This document shows positions 60,801 through 64,000 of a stretch of 64,000 nt of DNA, one piece after another. The notes beneath the pieces were generated by a model. It was not told the origin of the DNA. It made no database searches and worked only from the letters and a program-made list of their open reading frames with translations. Source of the DNA: Leucoraja erinacea. Lineage: Eukaryota. A program made the position numbers and the translations under genes. The DNA is taken from contig NC_073383.1 of assembly GCF_028641065.1 (NCBI RefSeq), positions 20,088,001 to 20,152,000 of the forward strand. The letters run 5' to 3'. Position 1 is the first letter of the stretch, and every line of letters starts with the position of its first letter.

Positions 60801-62618
60801 TTGATCCTCGTATGATTTTGGTGTCATCAAATTGAGGACCCATTGTAATTTATTCGTAAATTTATTTTGCAAAAAGTGTATCTAAGAACTACAATTTGGA
60901 TTTAGGATGCTTCTTTAGCTGTAGTTTTGAAGTTACTATTTTTCCTGTACCTCCCAATGTATTCTTTTTAGTTAGCTGTGTCTATACATCCACTTGAATT
61001 ATGTTGGTGTCATTAAATATTGACATAGTTTTACTTTTTTTTTACAGAAGAATGGACAGAAGAAATAGGTAACATATTTGATTATTTGGTTCAGTATCAG
61101 AAAGCATTATGTATATATCCAAGTTGGACACAAAATGCTGGAGTAGCTCAGCCACAACCCATGCATTCCGTTCCCAACCTTGCCTTCAACAGCCAGCATG
61201 TCTATCCACTCATGCACTCTTGGAACACTTGTTTATCCAGTTGGCCCCAATAGCATCCATGCCCAATTCAAAATATTTGAGTCAATTGATGATAAACAGA
61301 AATTAAACTTGCCAAAAATTGGGCCCCATGCCCAAACTCAATAAAATCAATAATATGCATCCTCCAAATTAGTGACCCAAAACAGCTCCTAAATTAGAGC
61401 CCTGGGAAATGTTATATGGGCTTACATGAGTCAGATATGCATGGTGAGGCTAATTGACTATGGGTGAACACAGACATATGATGACCTGAAGCATTGCCAT
61501 AGAAGGTTGTAGAGGCCAAGTCAATGGATATTTTTAAGGCAGAGATAGATAGATTCATGATTGGTATGGATGTCAGGAGTTATGGGGAAAAGGCAGGAGA
61601 ATGGGGATGAGAGGGAAAGATAGATCAGCCATGATTGAATGGCGGTGTAGACTTAATGGGCTGAATGGCCTAATTCTGCTCTTATCACATGAACTTTTTG
61701 CACCCCTAAGCCAATCTTTATCAACTTTTACTCATTGCTTTATGTCATGAAGAGGTCACTAAAGCCATAAAAATTGAAGTGAGCTTTGGAATGCTTAAAA
61801 ATGCATTAGTTGCATTAATATGACTCCCAGCTGAAAGGGTTGGCTTCCACAGAGAAATTGCTGTCCTTGCCTCATATTTTATGCCTCAGAGTCCAATCTG
61901 GCAGACACAAAGGCTATCTCTGCGTTATTCATCTTTCAAAGATTTCAATTCTTATCATTAGAAACCTGCTCTAATAATATGGATATGCAAATGGAGATCC
62001 TACGCTTGTTTATTAAAGACATGATTTTACCATTTCAGTAGTTTAATATATCATTTTGCCAGTAAAACCTGAGGTATAATTTCTGCTATTTGATAGCTGA
62101 TTTTCTTAGTAGGTGTCATATTTTTAACGTATGATTTTATTCTAAGAACACTTTCCTTTCAACAAGAATGCAAGTCAGTGAGAAAACTGACCTTGCAGAG
62201 TCACTGAGTGTGACTATAGTAAGGCTGAATTATTTGAAATAAGACGTGCCCATGTAAGCTTTAGTTGGTGATAATTTATTTATCTCTATTAATATTAATT
62301 TAGTTATTCTCTTTACTTCCCCGAAGACAGTTCCTCATCTGAGATGACCATTTGCTATCACACATATATCTTAGAACAAATGAACATAAATAGAAGAGGG
62401 TCAAAATAGTATTTTGCTCAAATTAAATTGATAAATTTAAAGATATGTTATTTCCGTAAACTTATACTGCCTCGTCTCAAGTGTTGTCATGCATGAAACA
62501 TATTGTTACTGATATAAACTAACAGAATATATCTCTTTTAAAGTCACTGAAATATCCAAGAGTTATGAAGAAGTTTCTTACACAATTCTGGAGGGAGATG
62601 AAGTTGATTATCAGAAAG
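1036..62618 (+). CDS. TTN: Titin (connectin), partial multi-exon gene: middle I-band tandem Ig segment, N2A element and start of PEVK region; continues beyond both window ends
   Basis: About 70 GT-AG exons joining in frame. Tandem I-set Ig domains (EPPxF...C...W.K...D.G.Y.C.A.N..G). Diagnostic N2A sequences ATFIAKVGGDPIPNVKWMKGKWRQ, NVDPKEYEKYARMYGITDFRGLLQA, KINYPEIKLSWYKGTEKLE, FECEVSFDDAIVTW. Confidence 0.98.
1444..1722 (+). CDS. TTN: TTN Ig exon A2 (279 nt)
   Basis: cag|...AAAG|gtt; EPPSFIKGLESLEVIK. Confidence 0.93.
1852..2130 (+). CDS. TTN: TTN Ig exon A3 (279 nt)
   Basis: cag|...AAAG|gtt; EPPSFFKKIDNITVLLG. Confidence 0.93.
2351..3427 (-). mobile_element. CR1-clade LINE, 5'-truncated young copy (RT C-terminal half plus 3' tail)
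   Basis: Uninterrupted 327-aa ORF with [31 protein letters not shown]; (TTTCTATG)n-type tail. Confidence 0.92.
4568..4846 (+). CDS. TTN: TTN Ig exon A4 (279 nt)
   Basis: cag|...TTAG|gtt; EPASIIEKADSISVTAG. Confidence 0.93.
4955..5242 (+). CDS. TTN: TTN Ig exon A5 (288 nt)
   Basis: cag|...AAAG|gtt; DRIVPPIFKRNLKNVDG. Confidence 0.93.
5512..5790 (+). CDS. TTN: TTN Ig exon A6 (279 nt)
   Basis: tag|...AAAG|gtg; EQPYFTVKPLSQDVVPG. Confidence 0.93.
6114..6792. mobile_element. Non-autonomous DNA transposon, PIF/Harbinger-like
   Basis: Left TIR GGGCCTGTCCCACTT. Inner inverted repeat 6130-6159 vs 6762-6791. Flanked by TAA and TTA. Outer right TIR deleted. Confidence 0.6.
7450..8486 (-). mobile_element. 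Older CR1 fragment with a younger CR1 3' end nested at 7818-8233
   Basis: VRPHW...RVQRRFTRIFPGL on minus strand, interrupted by AGAAACATAGAAACATAGAAA tail and a copy nearly identical to 2351-2780. Confidence 0.8.
8873..9154 (+). CDS. TTN: TTN Ig exon B1 (282 nt)
   Basis: EPPSFIKKPDRITLLKKG; GT-AG. Confidence 0.93.
9261..9539 (+). CDS. TTN: TTN Ig exon B2 (279 nt)
   Basis: EPPSFSKKLQPIEVVKG; AAG acceptor. Confidence 0.9.
9693..9971 (+). CDS. TTN: TTN Ig exon B3 (279 nt)
   Basis: EPPYFVKGIENVTTLSG; GT-AG. Confidence 0.93.
10081..10359 (+). CDS. TTN: TTN Ig exon B4 (279 nt)
   Basis: EPAKIVEIPEPLSVTSG; GT-AG. Confidence 0.93.
10523..11342. mobile_element. Possible degenerate Tigger/pogo-like DNA transposon with GC-rich interior
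   Basis: Ends resemble decayed inverted CAGTAAACC...AACGGA termini; GC-rich interior unlike flanks. Confidence 0.3.
11081..11240 (+). mobile_element. PLE-type short element with degenerate hammerhead core and inverted partial copy
   Basis: CTGAAGAAGGGTCTTGA at 11120 with CCCGAAA missing; 24-bp inverted repeat 11082-11105 / 11177-11200. Confidence 0.6.
11622..11909 (+). CDS. TTN: TTN Ig exon B5 (288 nt)
   Basis: DRIIAPSFTKSLKKMD; GT-AG. Confidence 0.93.
12620..12898 (+). CDS. TTN: TTN Ig exon B6 (279 nt)
   Basis: EPPIFIEKPVSQDIVLG; GT-AG. Confidence 0.93.
13086..13367 (+). CDS. TTN: TTN Ig exon C1 (282 nt)
   Basis: EPPIFVTKLPSSSTLKQG; GT-AG. Confidence 0.93.
13454..13732 (+). CDS. TTN: TTN Ig exon C2 (279 nt)
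   Basis: EPPSFVKKLESVEITKAS; GT-AG. Confidence 0.93.
13891..14169 (+). CDS. TTN: TTN Ig exon C3 (279 nt)
   Basis: EPPGFIKKIENITVLSG; GT-AG. Confidence 0.93.
14280..14558 (+). CDS. TTN: TTN Ig exon C4 (279 nt; core Trp replaced by Cys)
   Basis: EPAKITEQAQSLSVTAG...LNVKCLKDG; GT-AG. Confidence 0.9.
15765..16052 (+). CDS. TTN: TTN Ig exon C5 (288 nt)
   Basis: DQLIPPVFTRKLRKMD; GT-AG. Confidence 0.93.
16306..16584 (+). CDS. TTN: TTN Ig exon C6 (279 nt)
   Basis: EPPGFIEKPMSQESLPG; GT-AG. Confidence 0.93.
16829..17110 (+). CDS. TTN: TTN Ig exon D1 (282 nt)
   Basis: EPPYFIMKLEPSAIFKKG; GT-AG. Confidence 0.93.
17373..17546 (-). mobile_element. CR1 3' end fragment
   Basis: TAGAAACATAGAAAATAGG tail and 3'UTR similar to the 2351 copy. 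Confidence 0.8.
17642..17780 (-). mobile_element. PLE-type short element with hammerhead-like core (antisense to TTN)
   Basis: Minus strand CTGAAGA-A-GGGTCTCGACCC-GAAAC-GGC-ACCTATTCC; cleavage triplet GTC changed to GGC. Confidence 0.65.
18638..18916 (+). CDS. TTN: TTN Ig exon D2 (279 nt)
   Basis: EPPTFTKELEPVEVVKAS; GT-AG. Confidence 0.93.
19070..19348 (+). CDS. TTN: TTN Ig exon D3 (279 nt)
   Basis: ERPAFVQTIENATVFSG; GT-AG. Confidence 0.93.
19861..20139 (+). CDS. TTN: TTN Ig exon D4 (279 nt)
   Basis: EPANITEKTESLTVTSG; GT-AG. Confidence 0.93.
20260..20547 (+). CDS. TTN: TTN Ig exon D5 (288 nt)
   Basis: EQIIPPLFTRKLKDVG; GT-AG. Confidence 0.93.
20802..21080 (+). CDS. TTN: TTN Ig exon D6 (279 nt)
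   Basis: EPPSFIDKIISQEVILG; GT-AG. Confidence 0.93.
21701..21982 (+). CDS. TTN: TTN Ig exon E1 (282 nt)
   Basis: EPPSFIKKLQSPTVLKKG; GT-AG. Confidence 0.93.
22087..22365 (+). CDS. TTN: TTN Ig exon E2 (279 nt; chimeric junction exon)
   Basis: EPPSFRRKLQSTEIVKSS; GT-AG. Confidence 0.93.
22529..22807 (+). CDS. TTN: TTN Ig exon E3 (279 nt; absent from ORF track)
   Basis: Read manually, open frame EPPGFIKKIENITSVSG...CFATLLVA; GT-AG. Confidence 0.92.
22945..23223 (+). CDS. TTN: TTN Ig exon E4 (279 nt; core Trp replaced by Cys)
   Basis: EPAKITEQAQSISVTAG...LNVKCFKDG; GT-AG. Confidence 0.9.
23569..23856 (+). CDS. TTN: TTN Ig exon E5 (288 nt)
   Basis: DQLIPPLFKRKSRKMN; GT-AG. Confidence 0.93.
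24095..24373 (+). CDS. TTN: TTN Ig exon E6 (279 nt)
   Basis: EPPSFIEKPMSQESLPG; GT-AG. Confidence 0.93.
24611..24892 (+). CDS. TTN: TTN Ig exon F1 (282 nt)
   Basis: EPPYFIKKLDPTAILKKG; GT-AG. Confidence 0.93.
25617..25895 (+). CDS. TTN: TTN Ig exon F2 (279 nt)
   Basis: ESPTFVKKLEPAEVVKSS; GT-AG. Confidence 0.93.
26024..26302 (+). CDS. TTN: TTN Ig exon F3 (279 nt)
   Basis: ERPTFIQTIENATVFSG; GT-AG. Confidence 0.93.
26590..27096 (+). mobile_element. CR1 3' fragment (sense)
   Basis: RKDILVIEAVQRRF...[26 protein letters not shown] tail. Confidence 0.88.
27365..27643 (+). CDS. TTN: TTN Ig exon F4 (279 nt)
   Basis: EPANIIEKTEPLTVTSG; GT-AG. Confidence 0.93.
27772..28059 (+). CDS. TTN: TTN Ig exon F5 (288 nt)
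   Basis: EQIIPPLLTRKLKEIS; GT-AG. Confidence 0.93.
28330..28608 (+). CDS. TTN: TTN Ig exon F6 (279 nt)
   Basis: EPPSFTDKIMSQDVVLG; GT-AG. Confidence 0.93.
28866..29357 (-). mobile_element. CR1 3' fragment of a second family, (TATATGGT)n tail
   Basis: RGIDRVDVDKLFP...FFTQREVAVWNELP; ACCATATA repeats. Confidence 0.85.
29405..29720 (-). mobile_element. CR1 3' fragment
   Basis: Reverse complement of about 26795-27096. Confidence 0.85.
29815..30342 (+). mobile_element. Rex1/Babar-clade LINE 3' fragment
   Basis: TIGSILSGCITAWFGNSS..KLQRIMDAA..HPGHSFFSPL.SG motifs; ACTAA tail. Confidence 0.7.
30540..30821 (+). CDS. TTN: TTN Ig exon G1 (282 nt)
   Basis: EPPSFIKKLNSSTIMKEG; GT-AG. Confidence 0.93.
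30932..31210 (+). CDS. TTN: TTN Ig exon G2 (279 nt)
   Basis: EPPSFRRKLQSAEVIRNN; GT-AG. Confidence 0.93.
31469..31747 (+). CDS. TTN: TTN Ig exon G3 (279 nt)
   Basis: EPPSFVKKIENVTTFVG; GT-AG. Confidence 0.93.
31901..32179 (+). CDS. TTN: TTN Ig exon G4 (279 nt)
   Basis: EPAKIIERAKSCNITVQ; GT-AG. Confidence 0.93.
32292..32579 (+). CDS. TTN: TTN Ig exon G5 (288 nt)
   Basis: DQLIAPTFTKKLKDLG; GT-AG. Confidence 0.93.
32761..33039 (+). CDS. TTN: TTN Ig exon G6 (279 nt)
   Basis: EPPRFITKPMSQEVPPRS; GT-AG. Confidence 0.93.
33469..33750 (+). CDS. TTN: TTN Ig exon H1 (282 nt; start of 10-Ig super-repeat, I68-like)
   Basis: EPPSFIQKLEPSKVLKKG; GT-AG. Confidence 0.93.
33853..34131 (+). CDS. TTN: TTN Ig exon H2 (279 nt)
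   Basis: EQPVFNKMLETMDVIKS; GT-AG. Confidence 0.93.
34241..34519 (+). CDS. TTN: TTN Ig exon H3 (279 nt; I70-like)
   Basis: EPPLFVKRLSNISSVFGESATLQATIKG; GT-AG. Confidence 0.93.
34637..34915 (+). CDS. TTN: TTN Ig exon H4 (279 nt)
   Basis: EPAIIVEKTESVSVTSG; GT-AG. Confidence 0.93.
35019..35306 (+). CDS. TTN: TTN Ig exon H5 (288 nt)
   Basis: DRIIPPTFIRKLKKVDG; GT-AG. Confidence 0.93.
35690..36830 (-). mobile_element. Two degenerate Rex1/Babar-type LINE 3' fragments (about 35690-36055 and 36105-36830)
   Basis: Minus strand KKASSIIRNPHHPGHTLISLLPSERRY; AAGCTTTTCAC...GACAATAA tail shared with the ~30300 and ~51200 copies. Confidence 0.6.
36970..37248 (+). CDS. TTN: TTN Ig exon H6 (279 nt)
   Basis: EPASFVSKPDPQEVLPG; GT-AG. 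Confidence 0.93.
37276..38527 (-). mobile_element. Two head-to-tail non-autonomous Helitron copies (37276-37949 and 37951-38527)
   Basis: Minus strand A|TCTAT...GGGACCC-AAC-AGGTCCC hairpin-ACTTGGTCTAG|T; internal CA/GACA microsatellites and tandem subrepeats. Confidence 0.75.
38600..38878 (+). CDS. TTN: TTN Ig exon H7 (279 nt; I74-like)
   Basis: EPAVFQKKLKDSIVILG; GT-AG. Confidence 0.93.
38998..39276 (+). CDS. TTN: TTN Ig exon H8 (279 nt; I75-like; absent from ORF track)
   Basis: EPPTFVQNLEPLEITVGDSG...WYKGDTKLR; GT-AG. Confidence 0.92.
39403..39690 (+). CDS. TTN: TTN Ig exon H9 (288 nt; I76-like, copy 1)
   Basis: ERKTAPSFVRKLKNMEV; GT-AG. Confidence 0.93.
39850..40137 (+). CDS. TTN: TTN Ig exon H10 (288 nt; I77-like, copy 1)
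   Basis: EPRVAPVFDKRLQPVEV; GT-AG. Confidence 0.93.
40253..40412. mobile_element. Palindromic insertion of the PLE-type short element, 12-bp TSD
   Basis: 64-bp arms 40285-40348 / 40349-40412 with 3 differences; TSD ACTGGTTACTTG at 40241 and 40413. Confidence 0.85.
41411..41628. mobile_element. PIF/Harbinger-type MITE (218 bp)
   Basis: 28-bp perfect TIRs AGGGCCTGTCCCACTTGGGCGTCATTTG; TAA TSD on both sides. Confidence 0.88.
41720..42010 (+). CDS. TTN: TTN Ig exon I78-like copy 1 (291 nt)
   Basis: DRKVPPSFTKKPIETIQETEG; GT-AG. Confidence 0.92.
42249..42335 (+). mobile_element. PLE-type short element with hammerhead-like core (sense; GAAA changed to AAAA), 10-bp TSD
   Basis: CAGT-CTGACGA-A-GGGTCTCGACCC-AAAAC-GTC-ACT; TSD TCTTCATTAT at 42239 and 42336. 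Confidence 0.7.
42881..42975 (+). pseudogene. TTN: Pseudo-exon fragment of an I77-like Ig exon (copy 2)
   Basis: VEVTTGQSVDLECHLIGSPPIKVTWLKDDKEI matches 39891-39985; truncated both sides, no splice sites, stop follows. Confidence 0.85.
44297..44587 (+). CDS. TTN: TTN Ig exon I78-like copy 2 (291 nt)
   Basis: DYLIPPNFTKKPHQTIQESEG; GT-AG, open frame. Confidence 0.88.
44690..46635 (+). mobile_element. Old, heavily decayed CR1 LINE
   Basis: Remnant motifs PWFT, GKLYLTN, QLFTIYI, KFVDDSKLG, EYNVERCEVIH; many stops and frameshifts. Confidence 0.75.
45224..45308 (+). mobile_element. PLE-type short element with hammerhead-like core (sense; GAAA changed to AAAA) nested in CR1, 14-bp TSD
   Basis: T-CTGAAGA-A-GGGTCTCGACCC-AAAAC-ATC; TSD TTAGAAGCA(A/G)GGAT at 45210 and 45309. 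Confidence 0.7.
47108..47403 (+). mobile_element. CR1 3' fragment with internal deletions
   Basis: [28 protein letters not shown] tail. Confidence 0.8.
47586..47873 (+). CDS. TTN: TTN Ig exon I76-like, last copy (288 nt)
   Basis: EHKTPPSFLREMENMEV; GT-AG. Confidence 0.92.
48207..48494 (+). CDS. TTN: TTN Ig exon I77-like, last copy (288 nt)
   Basis: ESRVAPLFDKKLEPAEV; GT-AG. Confidence 0.92.
49479..49769 (+). CDS. TTN: TTN Ig exon I78-like copy 3 (291 nt)
   Basis: DRKIPPSFTKKPLETIQDSEG; GT-AG. Confidence 0.92.
50180..50325 (-). mobile_element. CR1 3' end fragment
   Basis: CATAGAAACATAGAAAATAGG tail. Confidence 0.8.
50565..50852 (+). CDS. TTN: TTN Ig exon I79-like (288 nt)
   Basis: ELKKPPVFDIPLKPMTITEG; GT-AG. 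Confidence 0.93.
52405..53910 (+). mobile_element. CR1 LINE, RT half with frameshifts, followed by a second CR1 tail
   Basis: [46 protein letters not shown] tail. Confidence 0.88.
54514..55116 (-). mobile_element. CR1 3' fragment, same young subfamily as 2351-3427
   Basis: [23 protein letters not shown]; near identical to 2360-2957. Confidence 0.9.
55459..55548 (+). CDS. TTN: TTN N2A exon, I80 first part (90 nt)
   Basis: tag|EKTAIKKVVSPPQPDQIFFIEKPKNFKGIE|gtaagt. Confidence 0.85.
55640..55922 (+). CDS. TTN: TTN N2A exon, I80 second part (283 nt)
   Basis: EIATFIAKVGGDPIPNVKW...DFRAKLK|gtaagt. Confidence 0.95.
56186..56369 (+). CDS. TTN: TTN UN2A unique-sequence exon 1 (184 nt; MARP-binding region in mammals)
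   Basis: TPSKKREEEADKDIDIVELLRNVDPKEYEKYARMYGITDFRGLLQAIELLK; phase matches neighbours. Confidence 0.95.
56479..56565 (+). CDS. TTN: TTN UN2A exon 2 (87 nt)
   Basis: EVEELDRGPEEEEFNELIQYIQHRIEKVE|gtaaga. Confidence 0.9.
56654..56921 (+). CDS. TTN: TTN I81 exon (268 nt)
   Basis: PIELIKDI...KINYPEIKLSWYKGTEKLE...CGPHISSAKLTVV|gtaagt. Confidence 0.95.
56943..57830 (+). mobile_element. Rex1/Babar-clade LINE 3' part with (TTA)n tail and ~10-bp TSD
   Basis: LTLNTTKTKEMVVNF, YKYLGVHLDNKLDW, FYNTVVASVIFYAVVCWG; AATAAA at 57774; TSD TTATATTTTA at 56933 and 57830. Confidence 0.88.
57784..57830. repeat. (TTA)n microsatellite, LINE tail
   Basis: Direct reading. Confidence 0.95.
57907..58167 (+). CDS. 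TTN: TTN I82 exon (261 nt)
   Basis: EPIVEQHLENLSGKEG...CQFSLPNLKTEWF. Confidence 0.94.
58259..58468 (+). CDS. TTN: TTN I83 first part (210 nt)
   Basis: AHPIEFTKTIQDIVVKEHESAVFECEVSFDDAIVTW. Confidence 0.94.
58959..59036 (+). CDS. TTN: TTN I83 second part (78 nt)
   Basis: GVYSVIAQLEPRGEAKSTAELYVSSQ. Confidence 0.93.
59123..59149 (+). CDS. TTN: TTN microexon (27 nt) after I83
   Basis: cag|EINLQQRKT|gtatgt; phase 1-1; positional match to human EIKLELKPP. Confidence 0.75.
59364..59408 (+). CDS. TTN: TTN small exon (45 nt), PEVK entry
   Basis: tag|DVPDIGIPLERKPSP|gtaaaa; similar to human DIPDSRVP. Confidence 0.75.
59665..59835 (+). mobile_element. CR1 3' end remnant
   Basis: GGCCAAGT...GATAGG...CAGCCATGATCGAATGGCGG...GGCCTAATTCTGCTCC. 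Confidence 0.65.
60703..60800 (-). mobile_element. PLE-type short element with the most intact hammerhead-like core (antisense), 9-bp TSD
   Basis: Minus strand GT-CTGAAGA-A-GGGTCTCGACCC-GAAAT-GTC-AC; TSD TTGATCCTC at 60694 and 60801. Confidence 0.75.
61048..61068 (+). CDS. TTN: Putative TTN microexon (21 nt)
   Basis: Strong poly-T tract, cag|EEWTEEI|gtaaca; phase 1-1. Confidence 0.6.
   Translation, partial: KNGQKK
61495..61695 (+). mobile_element. CR1 3' end remnant
   Basis: TTGCCATAGAAGGTTGTAGAGGCCAAGTCAATGG...GGCCTAATTCTGCT. Confidence 0.7.
62544..62618 (+). CDS. TTN: Putative TTN E/Y-rich small exon (75 nt)
   Basis: aag|VTEISKSYEEVSYTILEGDEVDYQK|gtagag; phase 1-1. Confidence 0.6.
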
Positions 62619-63349
62619 GTAGAGACACAATTATGTTACCTTGATTAATAGTGCATATTGTCTAGAATTACATTTGAAGAATGAATATTAGGATGGGATG
62701 TCAAAGAGCTGCTGTCACTGATGGATTATAGGCAAAATTATTCAAGTTTCAGGTATTCATTGCCCAATTCAGTGATTTTATTTGATCAGATATATTGTAA
62801 CAAATAAGCATCTTATTTCTTTAATATGTTTGCAAATGTCTTTTGTCTGAATTATTAGTAACATAAACATTTTTAAATTTTAATTTGCTGAGGCTGAACA
62901 TATCACCTACGAAGAGGAAGCTTATGCAAAAGATAGTTCCAAGTGACTAGAACTTTTATATATTTTAATATGTTTATTTAATCATTTTATTCTTTAAGAT
63001 TCTTTTTTCTTCAAATAATGCCCATCTTGAAATTATTCTTTATCTTCTGCAAGAGAGTACCTAACAGAATGCCAAAAATTGCACTTTAGGGTTTCATAAA
63101 GCAAAAGTTTAACCTGTCCAATTTGGTTCCACTTTTCCCACCTATTTTTTAATCTCAAGTAGCCTTCCATGTGGTGCAATATTGTGAACCAGAAATTTAT
63201 TTATGCAACATCAACAGACCATCGCTATCCAGTCTTTCAGAAACTTTCTCAACGAACTCAATGAATTTAATGAAGTAGAAATCCTGTTTGTTGAAGCCAT
63301 GTTAGGAATCTCAACAATTTATGCATTTCTGCACAAGAATTCTCTCATA

Positions 63350-63691
63350 TCTATTAATATATAAAACTCTCGTGCCATCCGACCGGCTGCCGTCCGGCTG
63401 CCTTTCTGCCTTTTGATTCGTTGATGGCTGCTCCTTCCTATCAGCTTCCAACACACTTCGAAACAAAGTTGCAAGACAGGAACACTCTGAACTTTTCACT
63501 GCTGCAGCAGGCAGGGTAGGTGCAATTGGATTTTTTTTTTAATCCACTGCTGAGGGAGGCAGGGGAGTGCTGGAATCTTACATTTGGGAACGGCTTCAGT
63601 TCCATTGGAGGAGACGGGTGCATGGTGAAATATTGGGTTGGGGGATCACACCATTGGGGGAGCAGACCCAACGGGTCTGCACTTGGTCTAG
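63350..63691 (+). mobile_element. Non-autonomous Helitron (342 bp)
   Basis: A|TCTATTAATATATAAAACTCTC...GCAGACCC-AAC-GGGTCTGC hairpin, ACTTGGTCTAG|T; no TSD. Confidence 0.8.
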
Positions 63692-64000
63692 TATAATTTA
63701 AAACTTGACAAGTATACAATTCGCAGGACATTATTTCCAATGTTTTTAATCTATTGAAATCAGTGCAGACTTCAGGAACTATATATAAAAATGAATCACT
63801 GACTTGCATACATAATCACCTTAATCATGTATAATCAGTACCACAAGATATTTGTTTAAGAAAACACATATGGTTGGGTTCTATTTTAATAGAGGTGCAC
63901 TCTGTCCTCTTACTGTCTCAAGCATTTTGATTTGCAATTTAATTCTAATTTCTCCTTTTTTGAAAATACGATGTTGTATTAGTATTTTCTTTCATGAAAG

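Noticed and set aside
62147-62173. Candidate 27-nt microexon (EHFPFNKNA)
   Set aside because: AG/GT and phase fit, but this could be chance; no compositional support

Overview
AT-rich vertebrate genomic DNA, inferred to be a cartilaginous fish (probably skate or ray) from its repeat content. The whole window lies inside the titin/connectin gene (TTN, + strand). It holds 58 single-Ig exons of the middle I-band tandem-Ig segment (279-291 nt, all phase 1-1, GT-AG), the N2A element (I80, UN2A, I81-I83) and the first small exons leading into PEVK. The Ig exons form at least seven 6-Ig super-repeats (labelled A-G here) and one 10-Ig super-repeat (H). Two internal expansions are visible: a 12-exon tandem duplication with a chimeric junction exon, and a triplication of the I76-I77-I78 unit whose middle copy has partly decayed. 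Introns carry CR1 and Rex1/Babar LINE fragments, a Penelope-like RT, Harbinger-type MITEs and non-autonomous Helitrons. They also carry a family of ~90-160 bp insertions with target-site duplications that start at a hammerhead-ribozyme-like core; one member is a 128-nt palindrome folded next to the predicted cleavage site. Exon boundaries were read by eye, and human I-domain numbers come from my recollection of the human sequence.
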